Part shown: positions 1 through 11,345 of the stretch, in pieces
Layout of the letters: each line of letters opens with the position of its first letter
How positions within the stretch are numbered: the first letter of the stretch is position 1
Origin: Octopus bimaculoides
Lineage: Eukaryota
Assembly: GCF_001194135.2 (NCBI RefSeq)
Contig: NC_068984.1
Coordinates: 101,750,520 to 101,782,974, forward strand
Direction: 5' to 3'
Length of the DNA stretch: 32,455 bases
Notes under the pieces: generated by a model
The model's input: only the letters and a program-made list of their open reading frames with translations
Database searches by the model: none
What the model was told of the DNA's origin: nothing
Program-made: the position numbers and the translations under genes

Positions 1-44
<44 letters not shown>

Positions 45-99
45 CACATGCATGAATACATATACATATGTACATACATATGTATATATTAGTATTAAT

Positions 100-865
100 A
101 ATAATAATAATGAGTATGGAGACTTGTCCATCCACAAAATATTTGATAGTTATATGCAGTATATTACAATGTCTTATACGTGTTTCCACTGCAGCGACGA
201 CTCACTGTTGCAGATGCGACTTTTCAGTATTGTCAGTGCAGTCTCATCAGAGTCCATCCATCTGGTCTTCTTTGAAGTCAACTGGCTGAAGTAAACTTTT
301 GTTAGTTGTTCTGTGGAAAGCAGGGATGTTGTTATTTATAGATATGTGCTGTTGACCTTGATTCCACTTTAGTCATTGTCCAAGGTTAAGGCTTGGTCCT
401 AAAATAGGTCAATACTGAGGTTGTTGTTTTTGTGAGGTTCCTTGTTCATCTGAATCCTTGTGTGCTTTGTTTTTTATTCTGAATGCAGTGTTTGTATTGA
501 AGTGTTTTTGTTTGTTTAAATTCATTTTTGGTTGAGTTCATCCATTTTTTGTGTTGGGTATTCATTGATTTGATGATGTTTATAACTATTTTTTTATTAA
601 ATATTTTTGTTTAACTGCTATTATTTATATTTATATTAGGCTTTACATTTTGCAGGGGCATTGACTATCTAGAATCATTTATATTGTTTAAAAGTCTATG
701 TGTGTATGTGTAAACAATTCACTGCTTGTTCTTGTCTTTCATTTATTAATGCGTATTTTGATGTAAATATTTGGTAAACCTCCTCTACACAGAAGTCACT
801 TCTATTTCCCCCTATGCTGTAAGGCTTAGCAGTACTAATTAGTTCCCAATCCCCTCTAAACTCAT
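100..865 (-). mobile_element. 5'-truncated Penelope-like element (GIY-YIG C-terminus, 3' UTR, hammerhead region)
   Basis: The minus strand reads DWELISTAKPYSIGGNRSDFCVEEVYQIFTSKYALINERQEQAVNCLHIHT*, a Penelope-type C-terminus. It is colinear with 17925-18006 + 20697-20724 + 21161-21690. Confidence 0.75.
168..257 (-). ncRNA. Decayed type I hammerhead ribozyme with long helix II and ACGT helix III loop
   Basis: Minus strand: atggact CTGATGA gACTGCA...TGCAGTg GAAA c ACGT a TA agacatt. The core is intact; there are mismatches at the base of helix II, in helix III and in helix I. Confidence 0.6.
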
Positions 866-889
866 TTTATATATGTATATATATATATA

Positions 890-2077
890 TCTTTTCTTCT
901 ATTTTATTTTGACTTGTTTCATTCATTAGACTGTGGCCATGCTGGGACACCACTTTGCAGAATTTTTAGGGATCTTTCTGATTTGGCGGACACCATTTTT
1001 TATTTAGTGTATTTTCTAACAAAATACTTTAAAACTTTGTATAATTGTATATTTTGTCTCACAGAACAGAAAAATTTTTATATTCGAAGTTATTTCATGT
1101 TAAAAGTTGTCGTATTTCAGTAATTTCAACCAATCACTGACATCTATTGAGGTGAAAACAATTTCTGCTGTGGTTTGTCAACAACATGTTGTGGCGGTGT
1201 AATGGGATCTTTTCCCTTGAATAAAATTACTCCCGTTGTTGGTCAACAATAACTATTGGCGGTACTGTTATTTATGACATCGTTTGTGTGTTTGTACTGG
1301 TTTTAGCTTTAGGGTTAGGGTTTGGGTTTTAGAGTTCGGGTTTTAGGGTTAGGGTTAGGGTTATGAGTATTTTTGCCAAATTTGGTGAAAATCTGTTCAA
1401 TACACAGCCACAAATTTTTCACCAAATTTGGCAAAAATACTCATAACCCTAACTGTAACCCTAACCCTAACCCTAAAACCCTAAAGCTAAAACCAGTACA
1501 AACGCACAAACGATGTCATAAATAACAGTACCACCGATACTTGTTGTTGACAAACAACGGCACTAATTTTATTCAAGGGAAAAGATCCCATTACACCGCC
1601 ACAACGTGTTGTTGACAAACCACAGCAGTAATTGTTTTCACCTCAATAGAAGTCAGTGATTGGTTGAAATTACCAAAATACGACAACTTTAATACGAAAT
1701 AACTTTAAAAATATAAACTTTTCTCAACAACACTAAGAGTAAAGGATGTTTTATATGACACATTCTACCAGTGTCCCAACTTTGAAAGTGTTTCGTTAGA
1801 AAACAAATGGTGTCTGCCAAATCAGAAAGATCCATTTTTAATTGAATATCCCAACTCCAGTACTTATTTTTTAAAGCCTGGTACTTATTCTATCAGTCCC
1901 TTTTGTTAAACTGCTAAGTTATGAGGATGCAAAACACACCAGCACTGGTTGTCAAGCAGTGGTGGGCTGACAAATACAGACACAAAGATACACACACATA
2001 TATACAATGGGCTTCTCTCAGTTTTTGTCTATCAAATCCACATACAAGGCTTTGGTTGTCCTGAGGCTATAGTAGAA

Positions 2078-2146
<69 letters not shown>

Positions 2147-2298
2147 AGCTTCTTTCAGTTTCCATCTACCAAATCCACTAACAAGGCTTTAGTTGGCGCA
2201 AAGCTATAGTAGAAGATACTTGCCCAAGGTACCATGCAGTGGGACTGAACCCAGAACCATGTGGTTGAGAAGCAAGCTTCTTACTACACAGCCATGCC
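890..2298 (-). mobile_element. tRNA-derived SINE (CORE-like motif, internal microsatellite), interrupted by the 970-1833 foldback element
   Basis: Head at 2145-2298 and tail at 890-968 plus 1842-2005 match the other copies in the window (2488-2895, 3421-3812). Confidence 0.75.
970..1833. mobile_element. Foldback/MITE-like DNA element, ~420-bp inverted arms containing telomeric-type repeats
   Basis: Arm 970-1391 is the reverse complement of arm 1417-1833 (GGATCTTTCTGATTTGGCGGACACCA ... TGGTGTCTGCCAAATCAGAAAGATCC). Flanks ATTTTTAG (962-969) and ATTTTTAA (1834-1841) form a near-perfect 8-bp TSD. Confidence 0.9.
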
Positions 2299-2487
2299 TA
2301 ATAAAAACAAGTTTACATTAATCTGACGGGTTGACTTTTGTAGAGTATAAATTTATATATTTTATTTTATTTCAATTTCTTTTTTAAATTAAATTATATT
2401 ATAATTTTGTTCCCAGCATATATCTAGAACAGGATTTGAAGAAATTTTATAAACAAAGAACAAACAGACTTCACCTCCACAAAACAG

Positions 2488-2895
2488 GAGGTGTGGCTGT
2501 CTGGTAAGAAGTTTGCTTCTCATATGGTTCTGGGTTTAGTCCCACTGCATGACACCTTGGGCAAGTATCTTCTACTATAGCTTTGCACCAACCAAAGCCT
2601 TGTTAGTGGATTTGGTAGATGGAAACTGAAAGAAGCTCATTGTATATATATATATGTGTGTGTGTGCGTGTGAATCTTTTGAGTCTGTGTTTGGCCCCCA
2701 TGATCACTTGACAACTGATGTTGGTGTGTTTACATCCCCATAAACTAGCAGTTTGGCAAAAGAGACTGATAGAATAAGTACCAGGCTTACAAAGAATAAG
2801 TCTTGGGGGCGATTTCTTTATCTAAAAACCCTTTAAGGTCGTGCTTCATCATGGCCATAGTCAAAGTGACTGAAACAAGTAAAAGTAAAAAAAAA
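2488..2895 (+). mobile_element. Full-length tRNA-derived SINE (Octopus OK/OR-like)
   Basis: A-box-like TGGCTGTCTGG, B-box-like GGTTTAGTCCC, CORE-like ACCTTGGGCAAGT, internal (TA)/(TG) tract and GTAAAA-type tail. Confidence 0.85.
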
Positions 2896-3420
2896 GTAAA
2901 GGAAAAATACCAATAAAATTGCATATAGAACAATGAACACCTAGAGAGAAACATATAAATATGCAATCTCTGCTCAAACACTTTTGTGAACATCAAAGCA
3001 CATGAGAAATAATTTTCTATACTAACAAAGCCATGACATGCCTTACAGATGTAAGTTGGAAATACCATAAATAACACGACAAAACAGGACCAACCTAAAC
3101 TCACCACCTATCTAGATTATTTTGTGGAAAAAAGATTAACACACCCTATTACTAAAGCCTTCAATACCGGACTTTGTATCTTTGACTTATATATTGTTAA
3201 AGTAAAAGGATGATTAAATCCAATAGTACCAAAATCAACAAAAATACTGTCACGCTGCCTGTCTACCTAACGTAAGAGAAACAGTTACAGGCTTGTTTAC
3301 AAAGTTCTACATGCATGAATAAACTTTAAACAATATCGTAACCTTGAATTTAATCAATAAAAGTTTTTCAAAAGCACCTTTCCACGAAAATCTAATTACT
3401 GACCTCATTCAAACTTACAT

Positions 3421-3629
3421 ACTCTTTACTCTTTTACTTGTTTCAGTCATTTGACTGTGGCCATGCTGGAGCACCGCCTTTAGTCGAGTAAATCGACCCC
3501 GGGACTTATTCTTTGTAAGCCTAGTATTTATTCTATCGGTCTCTTTTTGCCGAATCGCTAAGTGACGGGGACATAAACACACCAGCATCGGTTGTCAAGC
3601 ATTGCTAGGGGGACAAACACAGACACAGA

Positions 3630-3682
<53 letters not shown>

Positions 3683-3812
3683 GATGGGCTTCTTTCAGTT
3701 TCTGTCTACCAAATCCGCTCACAAGGCTTTGGTCAGCCCGAGGCTATAGTAGAAGACACTTGCCCAAGATGCCACACAGTGGGACTGAACCCGGAACCAT
3801 GTGGTTGGTAAA
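3421..3812 (-). mobile_element. tRNA-derived SINE, same family
   Basis: Reverse complement of 2488-2895 with an internal (CA)n tract. Confidence 0.85.
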
Positions 3813-4129
3813 CGCTCAAAGATGATTCTTAACTCCACAGAGACTTTATAAAAACAAAACTAACTTTATTGCATCCAATGATGATTTAGCTGGCTGAAAC
3901 TTCCAAGTCACTGTCAACAACATTCTTGTATAAGAATAATAAACACACACGTGCACGCACATGCATGTGTGTAGTTATGTATTTGTTTTGCAAGATTCCT
4001 GATGTGAAATCATGTGTTGAAAGAGATATTGTTGTATTTTGGGATGGTCATTTGGCAGGAAAAATGTCTGTAGCTATTGTAAAGTGGGGCATGGAAGACA
4101 TGTCAATATGTTTCCTCTGTGTGTGTGTG

Positions 4130-4290
4130 ATACAGGCTTCTTTCAGTTTCCGTCTACTAAATCCACTCGGAAGGCTTTGGTTGGCCCATAGCTATAGTAG
4201 AAGACATTTGCTCACAATGCAAAGCAGTGGGACTGAACTTGAAACCATTTAGTTGGGAAGTAAGCTTTTTAACCACACAGCCATGCTTGT
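4130..4290 (-). mobile_element. SINE head fragment, same family
   Basis: TTTCAGTTTCCGTCTACTAAATCCACTC...AACCACACAGCCATGC matches the family head. Confidence 0.75.
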
Positions 4291-4315
4291 GTCCCGTATA
4301 GCTATGTGTGTGTGT

Positions 4316-5918
4316 TTATCAGATGAATTTGTTTTTTGCTTCTGATTTTATTTACATCAACACAAAGAATATTGTTATTGCAATGTTTTATGGGTTTTTT
4401 ATAGCTCTATTTTTCCTGTACAACTTTTATTTATCACTTTTGAAATTTGAATAAATCTTACCTCTTTTCAGACATATGACAATGGAATGTTAAGTAGAAA
4501 AAAAAAATGAGGATTTTTGACACTTGCTTCTCTTGGTTTTCAGTCAAGGTTCCAGATCTGCTAAAGCTGCTTGAGACATTTGTCCTGTGTACAGAGAAGG
4601 CACTTTTACTGAAAGGGCTGCACAAAAATGATTTTCTGGCTTGAAGGAGAGGAAATTTCATGTTACAGACTCTTCATTCCAGCCAGTTTGTTAAAGAGGA
4701 TTGATTGAAAGAGCTCATCTACAAGGATCCAAACTAATCCACAATGGAATTGGCCCTGCAGATAGGATACTCTCATGATACCATCACCCAATGAATAACA
4801 TTCAAAAGCTCAGTGCATGAGTGCAACATGCTCTGGATCCAAACTCCCATGTTTCTCTGTTGCTGTCAGTTCACTCACTTAACACCAGGCTGCTCATGGA
4901 CACAAACGGAGATTTCTTTACTTCATTGTCACAAGCAATGAAAAACAGTGTCTGTACATAAATGTGAAGCAGAGGAAAGAATAGCTTTGTCCTGACAAGC
5001 AAACAGCACCTTGAGCCAAGCCAGAGCTGCACCCCTGCAAAACTGATCTGCACTTGGTGGGATTGGGCATCGCTAATCCACTACAAAATGTTTAAAAACA
5101 ACCACATGGCCAGTGCAGAGTTTTACATTTATCAAATGCACCAGCTCAACAAGGCAATCCTGCTGAAGCAACACAACTGGTGACACGGCTTACTTCTTCA
5201 ACACAACAGCAATCACCTGCACATTGCTTATTTGATCATCATCATCATCATCATCGTTTAACATCTGCTTTCCATGCTAGCATGGGTTGGATGATTTGAC
5301 TGAGGACTGGTGAACCAGATGGCTACACCAGGCTCCAATCTGATTTGGCAGAGTTTCTACAGCTGGATGCCCCTCATAATGCCAACCACTCAGAGAGTGT
5401 AGTGGGTGCTTTTACGTGCCAACGGCATAAAGGCCAATCAGGCGGTACTGGCAATGGCCACACTCAAAATGGTGTATTTTATGTGCCATCTGCACAGGAG
5501 CCAGTCCAGTGGTATTGGCAATGATCTCGCTCAAATATCTTTTCACGTGCCACCGGCACAAGTGCCAAGAAGGTGACGCTGGTAACGATCATGTTCAAAT
5601 GGTGCCACCAGCATGGAAGCCCAAGAGCTCACCTGGGAAGTTCTACTGTACCCACCATTTTCTCCTAATAAAGCACCTTCAGATTATCACCTTGTTCTGG
5701 TTACTTTCCAACAGGTTGTGACATGGAGCTGAAAAATGATTCAATGAATTCTTCAAGTGAAGACTTGGTGATTTCCATTATTAAGGCATTTACAAGCTAG
5801 TGGAACATTGACAAGAAATTATGAACAATGAAGGAGAATAAATTATTGACTGCACTGTTAGAATTGTTGAAAAATAAGGATTAAAATAAATGGTAAAAGA
5901 AACAAATTTATCTGAGAA
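4316..5918 (+). mobile_element. Decayed mariner transposon interrupted by an RTE-tail insertion
   Basis: Remnant transposase from ATG 4482 (MEC*VEK...HLLLLVF.QG), FIVTSNEKQCLY, WEVLLYPPFSPNKAPSDYHL. Degenerate TIRs TTATCAGATGAATTTG and CAAATTTATCTGAGAA. Many stop codons. Confidence 0.8.
5237..5612 (-). mobile_element. RTE LINE 3' end with (GAT)n tail, inside the mariner
   Basis: (CAT)n-CGTTTAACATCTGCTTTCCATGCTAGCATGGGTTGG matches the 3' end of the 18007-20696 RTE. Confidence 0.85.
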
Positions 5919-5936
5919 TATATAAATATATATGTA

Positions 5937-6132
5937 TTTCGTGCCGGTGGCATGTAAAAGCACCCACTACACTCTCGGAGTGGTTGGCATTAGGAAGGGC
6001 ATGCAGCTGTAGAAACTCTGGCAAATCAGATTGGAGCCTGGTGTAGCCATCTGGTTCACCAGTCTTCAGTCAAATCGTCCAACCCATGCTAGCATGGAAA
6101 GCGGACGTTAAACGATGATGATGATGATGATG
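5937..6132 (+). mobile_element. RTE LINE 3' end with (GAT)n tail
   Basis: ...CATGGAAAGCGGACGTTAAACGATGATGATG; inverted relative to 5237-5420. Confidence 0.85.
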
Positions 6133-6165
6133 TGTGTCTGTATGCGTGTGTGTGCGCGCGCATGC

Positions 6166-6205
<40 letters not shown>

Positions 6206-6361
6206 GTTCTCTATAGCAAGACACCTGTTCGCATTCCTGTATCATACTTTAGCCTTTCAGCACCTGGCATAAAGCCACCGCTCCCTTCTAAATCACTTCC
6301 ACCTCCACACTTAGCCATGGGAGCTTTTCTCTTTCCTGTTCTTTTCTGACTTACAATTTAC

Positions 6362-6576
6362 TTGGTGACCTCACTAGTACTGGTGGTACAAAAAAAGCAC
6401 TCAGTACACACTGTAAGGTGGTTGGTGTTAGGAAGGGCATCCATCCATAGAGAACATGCCAAACCTGATACTAGAGCTCAGCACAGCTCTGCAGCTTGCC
6501 AGATCCTGTCAAACTGTCCAACACATGCCAGCATGGAAAACATACTTTAAATGATGATGATGATAATGACAATGAT
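6362..6576 (+). mobile_element. Diverged RTE-tail-type fragment
   Basis: GTGGTTGGTGTTAGGAAGGGCATCC...CATGCCAGCATGGAAA...ATGATGATG. Confidence 0.6.
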
Positions 6577-6594
6577 CTATATAGCTATGTAAAT

Positions 6595-6750
6595 AGCTTG
6601 CTTGTGAATCACATGGTTCCGGGTTCATTCTCACTGTGTGGCACCTTGGGCAAGTGTCTTCTACTATAGCCTCAGGCTAACCGAAGCCTTGTGAGTGGAT
6701 TTGGTAGACAGAAACTGAAAGAAGCCCTTCGTATATATGTGTATATATAT
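6595..6750 (+). mobile_element. SINE head fragment
   Basis: GGTTCCGGGTTCATTCTCACTGTGTGGCACCTTGGGCAAGTGTCTTC. Confidence 0.75.
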
Positions 6751-6966
6751 CATGTTTCATGTTCCAAGTCTATTCTGGCATGACACTTCTTATTTACGAC
6801 CCACCACTGAGATAGACAGATACAGCTCATACATATCTATCCCTTACGACCTTTAAGATCTTTGTATCTATTTTATTTATCACTTTATCTTCTTCTACAT
6901 TTAGATTGTTCCTCACCACCCTTCACCAACCCATCGAAATAGCTTAGATGTAGCTTACTTGACTAT

Positions 6967-7501
6967 NNNNNNNNNNNNNNNNNNNNNNNNNNNNNNNNNN
7001 NNNNNNNNNNNNNNNNNNNNNNNNNNNNNNNNNNNNNNNNNNNNNNNNNNNNNNNNNNNNNNNNNNNNNNNNNNNNNNNNNNNNNNNNNNNNNNNNNNNN
7101 NNNNNNNNNNNNNNNNNNNNNNNNNNNNNNNNNNNNNNNNNNNNNNNNNNNNNNNNNNNNNNNNNNNNNNNNNNNNNNNNNNNNNNNNNNNNNNNNNNNN
7201 NNNNNNNNNNNNNNNNNNNNNNNNNNNNNNNNNNNNNNNNNNNNNNNNNNNNNNNNNNNNNNNNNNNNNNNNNNNNNNNNNNNNNNNNNNNNNNNNNNNN
7301 NNNNNNNNNNNNNNNNNNNNNNNNNNNNNNNNNNNNNNNNNNNNNNNNNNNNNNNNNNNNNNNNNNNNNNNNNNNNNNNNNNNNNNNNNNNNNNNNNNNN
7401 NNNNNNNNNNNNNNNNNNNNNNNNNNNNNNNNNNNNNNNNNNNNNNNNNNNNNNNNNNNNNNNNNNNNNNNNNNNNNNNNNNNNNNNNNNNNNNNNNNNN
7501 N
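6967..7501. other. Assembly gap (other gaps: 8461-9308, 17235-17244, 18894-19773, 22055-22612, 24144-24397, 30598-30607)
   Basis: N runs, several bordered by (TA)n or other repeats. Confidence 0.99.
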
Positions 7502-7554
7502 TTTGTAGTTTTGTTGTTATTTTTTTGTTTTGGATTTACAATTTATATATATAT

Positions 7555-7790
7555 ATATGTATGTGTGTGTATATGTTTGTGTGTCTGTGTTTGTCCCCCC
7601 AACATTGCTTGACAACCGATGGTGGTGTGTTTACGTCCCCGTAACTTAGCGGTTCGGCAAAAGAGACCAATAGAATAAGTACTAGGCTTCCAGAAAGAAT
7701 AAGTCCTGGGATCGATTTGCTTGACTAAATGTGGTGCTCCAGCATGGCCACAGTCAAATGACTGAAACAAGTAAAAGAGAAAAGAGAGAA
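7555..7790 (+). mobile_element. SINE 3' half
   Basis: GTGTTTGTCCCCCC...GACTGAAACAAGTAAAAGAG matches the family tail. Confidence 0.8.
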
Positions 7791-7815
7791 AGATATATAT
7801 GTATATATATATACA

Positions 7816-8280
7816 TACACCAAATGAAGGAAATAGAAAATGGAATTCATAAGATTCTTTATTAATTACAACCATAATTTTGACCCATCTTGCATCAGTC
7901 CTTCATGGGTGAGATACTATACAACCGGTTGTGGTGCATCCTTCGGTGCAGATCTGTCATGTCAGGTAACTTTTCAAAGGGTACCTCAATAAACTCTGTT
8001 TCGCTTGGTTCTATTATAATGCGTGTCGTTATTTGCCTGTAGTTGGTTGCATACAGGCAGATTACGACATGCATTATAAAAGAGCCAAACAAAATCAAGT
8101 TGATTGAGCAAAGTACCTTTTGAATAGCCACCTGATCAGATACATCTGCACCGAAGGATGCACCACAACTAGTTGTACAGTATCTCACCTGTGAGGGAGT
8201 GATGCAAGATGGGCCTAAACGATTGTTGTGATTAATAAAGAATCTCACGAATTCCATTTTCTGTTTCTCTCATTTTTATA
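7816..8280. mobile_element. Fully palindromic MITE-like element (~228-bp arms, 10-nt loop)
   Basis: Arms 7816-8041 and 8052-8280 are reverse complements, with loop GTTGGTTGCA. The element sits in TA-rich flanks. Confidence 0.85.
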
Positions 8281-8414
8281 TACTCAATGGACACCAAAGG
8301 ATTCTTGACATAGATCCAGTGGCATTTATGTGAATACTGTGGGTGACATCAGGTAGCCATAGACAGTGAAAGTGCTTTAATTGGCATACTGCCAGGTGTA
8401 TACCCAAAGTGTAA

Positions 8415-8460
<46 letters not shown>

Positions 8461-9741
8461 NNNNNNNNNNNNNNNNNNNNNNNNNNNNNNNNNNNNNNNN
8501 NNNNNNNNNNNNNNNNNNNNNNNNNNNNNNNNNNNNNNNNNNNNNNNNNNNNNNNNNNNNNNNNNNNNNNNNNNNNNNNNNNNNNNNNNNNNNNNNNNNN
8601 NNNNNNNNNNNNNNNNNNNNNNNNNNNNNNNNNNNNNNNNNNNNNNNNNNNNNNNNNNNNNNNNNNNNNNNNNNNNNNNNNNNNNNNNNNNNNNNNNNNN
8701 NNNNNNNNNNNNNNNNNNNNNNNNNNNNNNNNNNNNNNNNNNNNNNNNNNNNNNNNNNNNNNNNNNNNNNNNNNNNNNNNNNNNNNNNNNNNNNNNNNNN
8801 NNNNNNNNNNNNNNNNNNNNNNNNNNNNNNNNNNNNNNNNNNNNNNNNNNNNNNNNNNNNNNNNNNNNNNNNNNNNNNNNNNNNNNNNNNNNNNNNNNNN
8901 NNNNNNNNNNNNNNNNNNNNNNNNNNNNNNNNNNNNNNNNNNNNNNNNNNNNNNNNNNNNNNNNNNNNNNNNNNNNNNNNNNNNNNNNNNNNNNNNNNNN
9001 NNNNNNNNNNNNNNNNNNNNNNNNNNNNNNNNNNNNNNNNNNNNNNNNNNNNNNNNNNNNNNNNNNNNNNNNNNNNNNNNNNNNNNNNNNNNNNNNNNNN
9101 NNNNNNNNNNNNNNNNNNNNNNNNNNNNNNNNNNNNNNNNNNNNNNNNNNNNNNNNNNNNNNNNNNNNNNNNNNNNNNNNNNNNNNNNNNNNNNNNNNNN
9201 NNNNNNNNNNNNNNNNNNNNNNNNNNNNNNNNNNNNNNNNNNNNNNNNNNNNNNNNNNNNNNNNNNNNNNNNNNNNNNNNNNNNNNNNNNNNNNNNNNNN
9301 NNNNNNNNATATATATGAATGAAGTCAAACCAAGTAATGATATTCTGATAAAATCCCAAACTTCTGTTCTTTGACAGAAGTTTTGGGTTTTAGTTGAGAT
9401 GCTTTGATATAACTAAAGCAAGTGTTGATACATCTTAATTCATACTGGAAAAGAAGTCAGTGGTGAGTAAACAAACAGTGAAAAGTGAACAGTTTATTGC
9501 TAGCTATTCTGTTGAACATTGCATTCCCTTGGTAAACATTAATCATCTTCTGTAAGTATGTAAGAGAGCATTTTTGGACATTAAAACTGCTGAAAATTAT
9601 CAATGGAAAGAACAAAATTTCCTCATCTTAGGATGGAATAGACTTTCGTGAATAAACACTGAGAGTACCTATCTGTAAGACATAAAAGTTTTCTGCCATA
9701 ACTGAAGGAAGTTTAGCTTTTCAGTTACCCAAATGTTGGGT

Positions 9742-10026
9742 ATCATCATCATCATCATCATCGTTTAACGTCCGCTTTCCATGCTAGCATGGGTTGGACG
9801 ATTTGACTGAGGACTGGTGAAACCAGATGGCAACACCAGGCTCCAGTCTGATTTGGCAGAGTTTCTACAGCTGGATGCCCTTCCTAACGCCAACCACTCA
9901 GAGAGTGTAGTGGGTGCTTTTACGTGTCACCCGCACGAAAACGGCCACGCTCGAAATGGTGTCTTTTATGTGCCACCCGCACAAGCCAGTCCAGGGGCAC
10001 TGGCAACGATCAGAGCACTGGCAACG

Positions 10027-10027
<1 letters not shown>
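9742..10027 (-). mobile_element. RTE LINE 3' end
   Basis: (CAT)n-CGTTTAACGTCCGCTTTCCATGCTAGC... Confidence 0.85.
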
Positions 10028-10062
<35 letters not shown>

Positions 10063-10333
10063 ATCAAAGTGCAGGAAAGGCGTGATCCAACAGGAACAGT
10101 AATCCGAGGTACAAAAGATTCCGGCAGTTGGGTACTCCAAATCCAGTTGAAAGGCCATTGTTTTTTGTCTTTTTTTAACTTATATATATATGTATATGTA
10201 TATATCTACATATTAAGATTATCTCTACAAATTTTATATAGGAATTATAGCCAGCACTGATTTGTAATGATGTGTCGTATCCGATGATGTCTAATGTAAA
10301 CAACAATGCAATTGAAGCTGGGAAAATAGATAA

Positions 10334-10384
10334 TGGGTGTATATGCATATTTCAGGAGTTCTTGCTCCTTCTTTAGTACCCCAT
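10334..10384 (-). ncRNA. Decayed minimal type I hammerhead (G5A) with TGCA loop
   Basis: atggggta CTAAAGA AGGAG caagaa CTCCT GAAA TA TGCA TA TA cacccat. Confidence 0.6.
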
Positions 10385-10660
10385 CATCAGATATGAAATG
10401 TAACAAATCAGTGTTGTCTATAATTTCTATAGTGATATAATTGCACTGCTAACATAGTAGGACACAGTTTCAAATTATAAAGCATTTAATATACTTTATA
10501 GTATATTATGGTTGCACAACAAAATATGGTGTCTCTACATGTAATTAATATGTATGTACCAGCTGCCAAGAATATGTAAAACTGGTATATCCAATAATGT
10601 TATACTGCTTTATTTAGTGACTATTTAAGCAATGAGTTTGAGGGTGGTTAATGAATTGGG

Positions 10661-10712
10661 TATGGTGCTGAAGGAGGAGGAAGAACTCTTGAAATGCACA
10701 TATGCATCCATT
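10661..10712 (+). ncRNA. Decayed minimal type I hammerhead (A9G, cleavage site mutated to UG)
   Basis: tatggtg CTGAAGG AGGAG gaagaa CTCTT GAAA tgcacata TG catccatt; homologous to 10334-10384. Confidence 0.5.
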
Positions 10713-10958
10713 ACCTATTTTTCCATCTTCTATTGCATTGTTGTTTAAATTGGTGTCTTCAGATACAAAATGTTGTAACAAATCAGTGCTGGTTATAATT
10801 TCTATAGAAAATTTGTAGAGTTAACCTTAACATGTGATTTAATAGCACTGTTAACACACTATTGACTTATACTGTGTTTAGCATACTTTGTAGTATATTA
10901 TCGTTGTATAATGAAATAGTGTCCCTACAAGTAATTAACATATACATATATAGTGTCT

Positions 10959-11345
10959 CTGAGGCGCAATGGCCCAGTGGTTAGGGCAGCGGACTCGCTG
11001 TCATAGGATCGTGGTTTCGATTCTCAGACCGGACGTTGTGAATGTTTATTGAGCGAAAACACCTAAAGCTCCACGAGGCTCCGGCAAGGGATGGTGGCGA
11101 ACCCTACTGTACTCTTTTGCCACAACTTTCTCTCACTCTTACTTCCTATTTCTGTTGTGCCTGTAATTCAAAGGGTCAGCCTTGTCACACTGTGTCACGC
11201 TGAATATCCCCGAGAACTACATTAAGGGTACACGTGTCTGTGGAGTGCTCAGCCATTTGCATGTTAATTTCATGAGCAGGCTGTTCCATTGATTGGATCA
11301 GCTGGAACCCTTGACGTCATAAGCGACGGAGTACCAACACAATGC
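10959..11345 (+). mobile_element. tRNA-derived SINE, second family
   Basis: GGCCCAGTGGTTAGG (A box), GGTTTCGATTC (B box), body CCTGTAATTCAAAGGG shared with 12878-13400, CAA-type tail. Confidence 0.85.

Noticed and set aside
1309-1483. True telomere or chromosome-fusion site
   Set aside because: The repeats are short, degenerate and embedded symmetrically in a TSD-flanked foldback element inside a SINE.
2940-3410. Broken frame with CNLCSNTFVNIKAH (zinc-finger-like) and a gtaagt donor at ~3051
   Set aside because: Several stops in every frame and no recognisable family. It may be a very old LINE remnant or a UTR exon, but this cannot be supported.
4458-4476. Apparent minus-strand first exon MSEKR|gtaag
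   Set aside because: It lies in the 5' region of the decayed mariner just upstream of its ATG, and no partner exons were found.
9352-9390. Short hairpin CCCAAACTTCTGT/ACAGAAGTTTTGGG
   Set aside because: Too short for a pre-miRNA, with no supporting context.
9805-9830. CTGAGGA...GAAA in RTE 3' UTR copies as a hammerhead
   Set aside because: There is no helix II between the core motifs; CTGG/CCAG is a simple hairpin.
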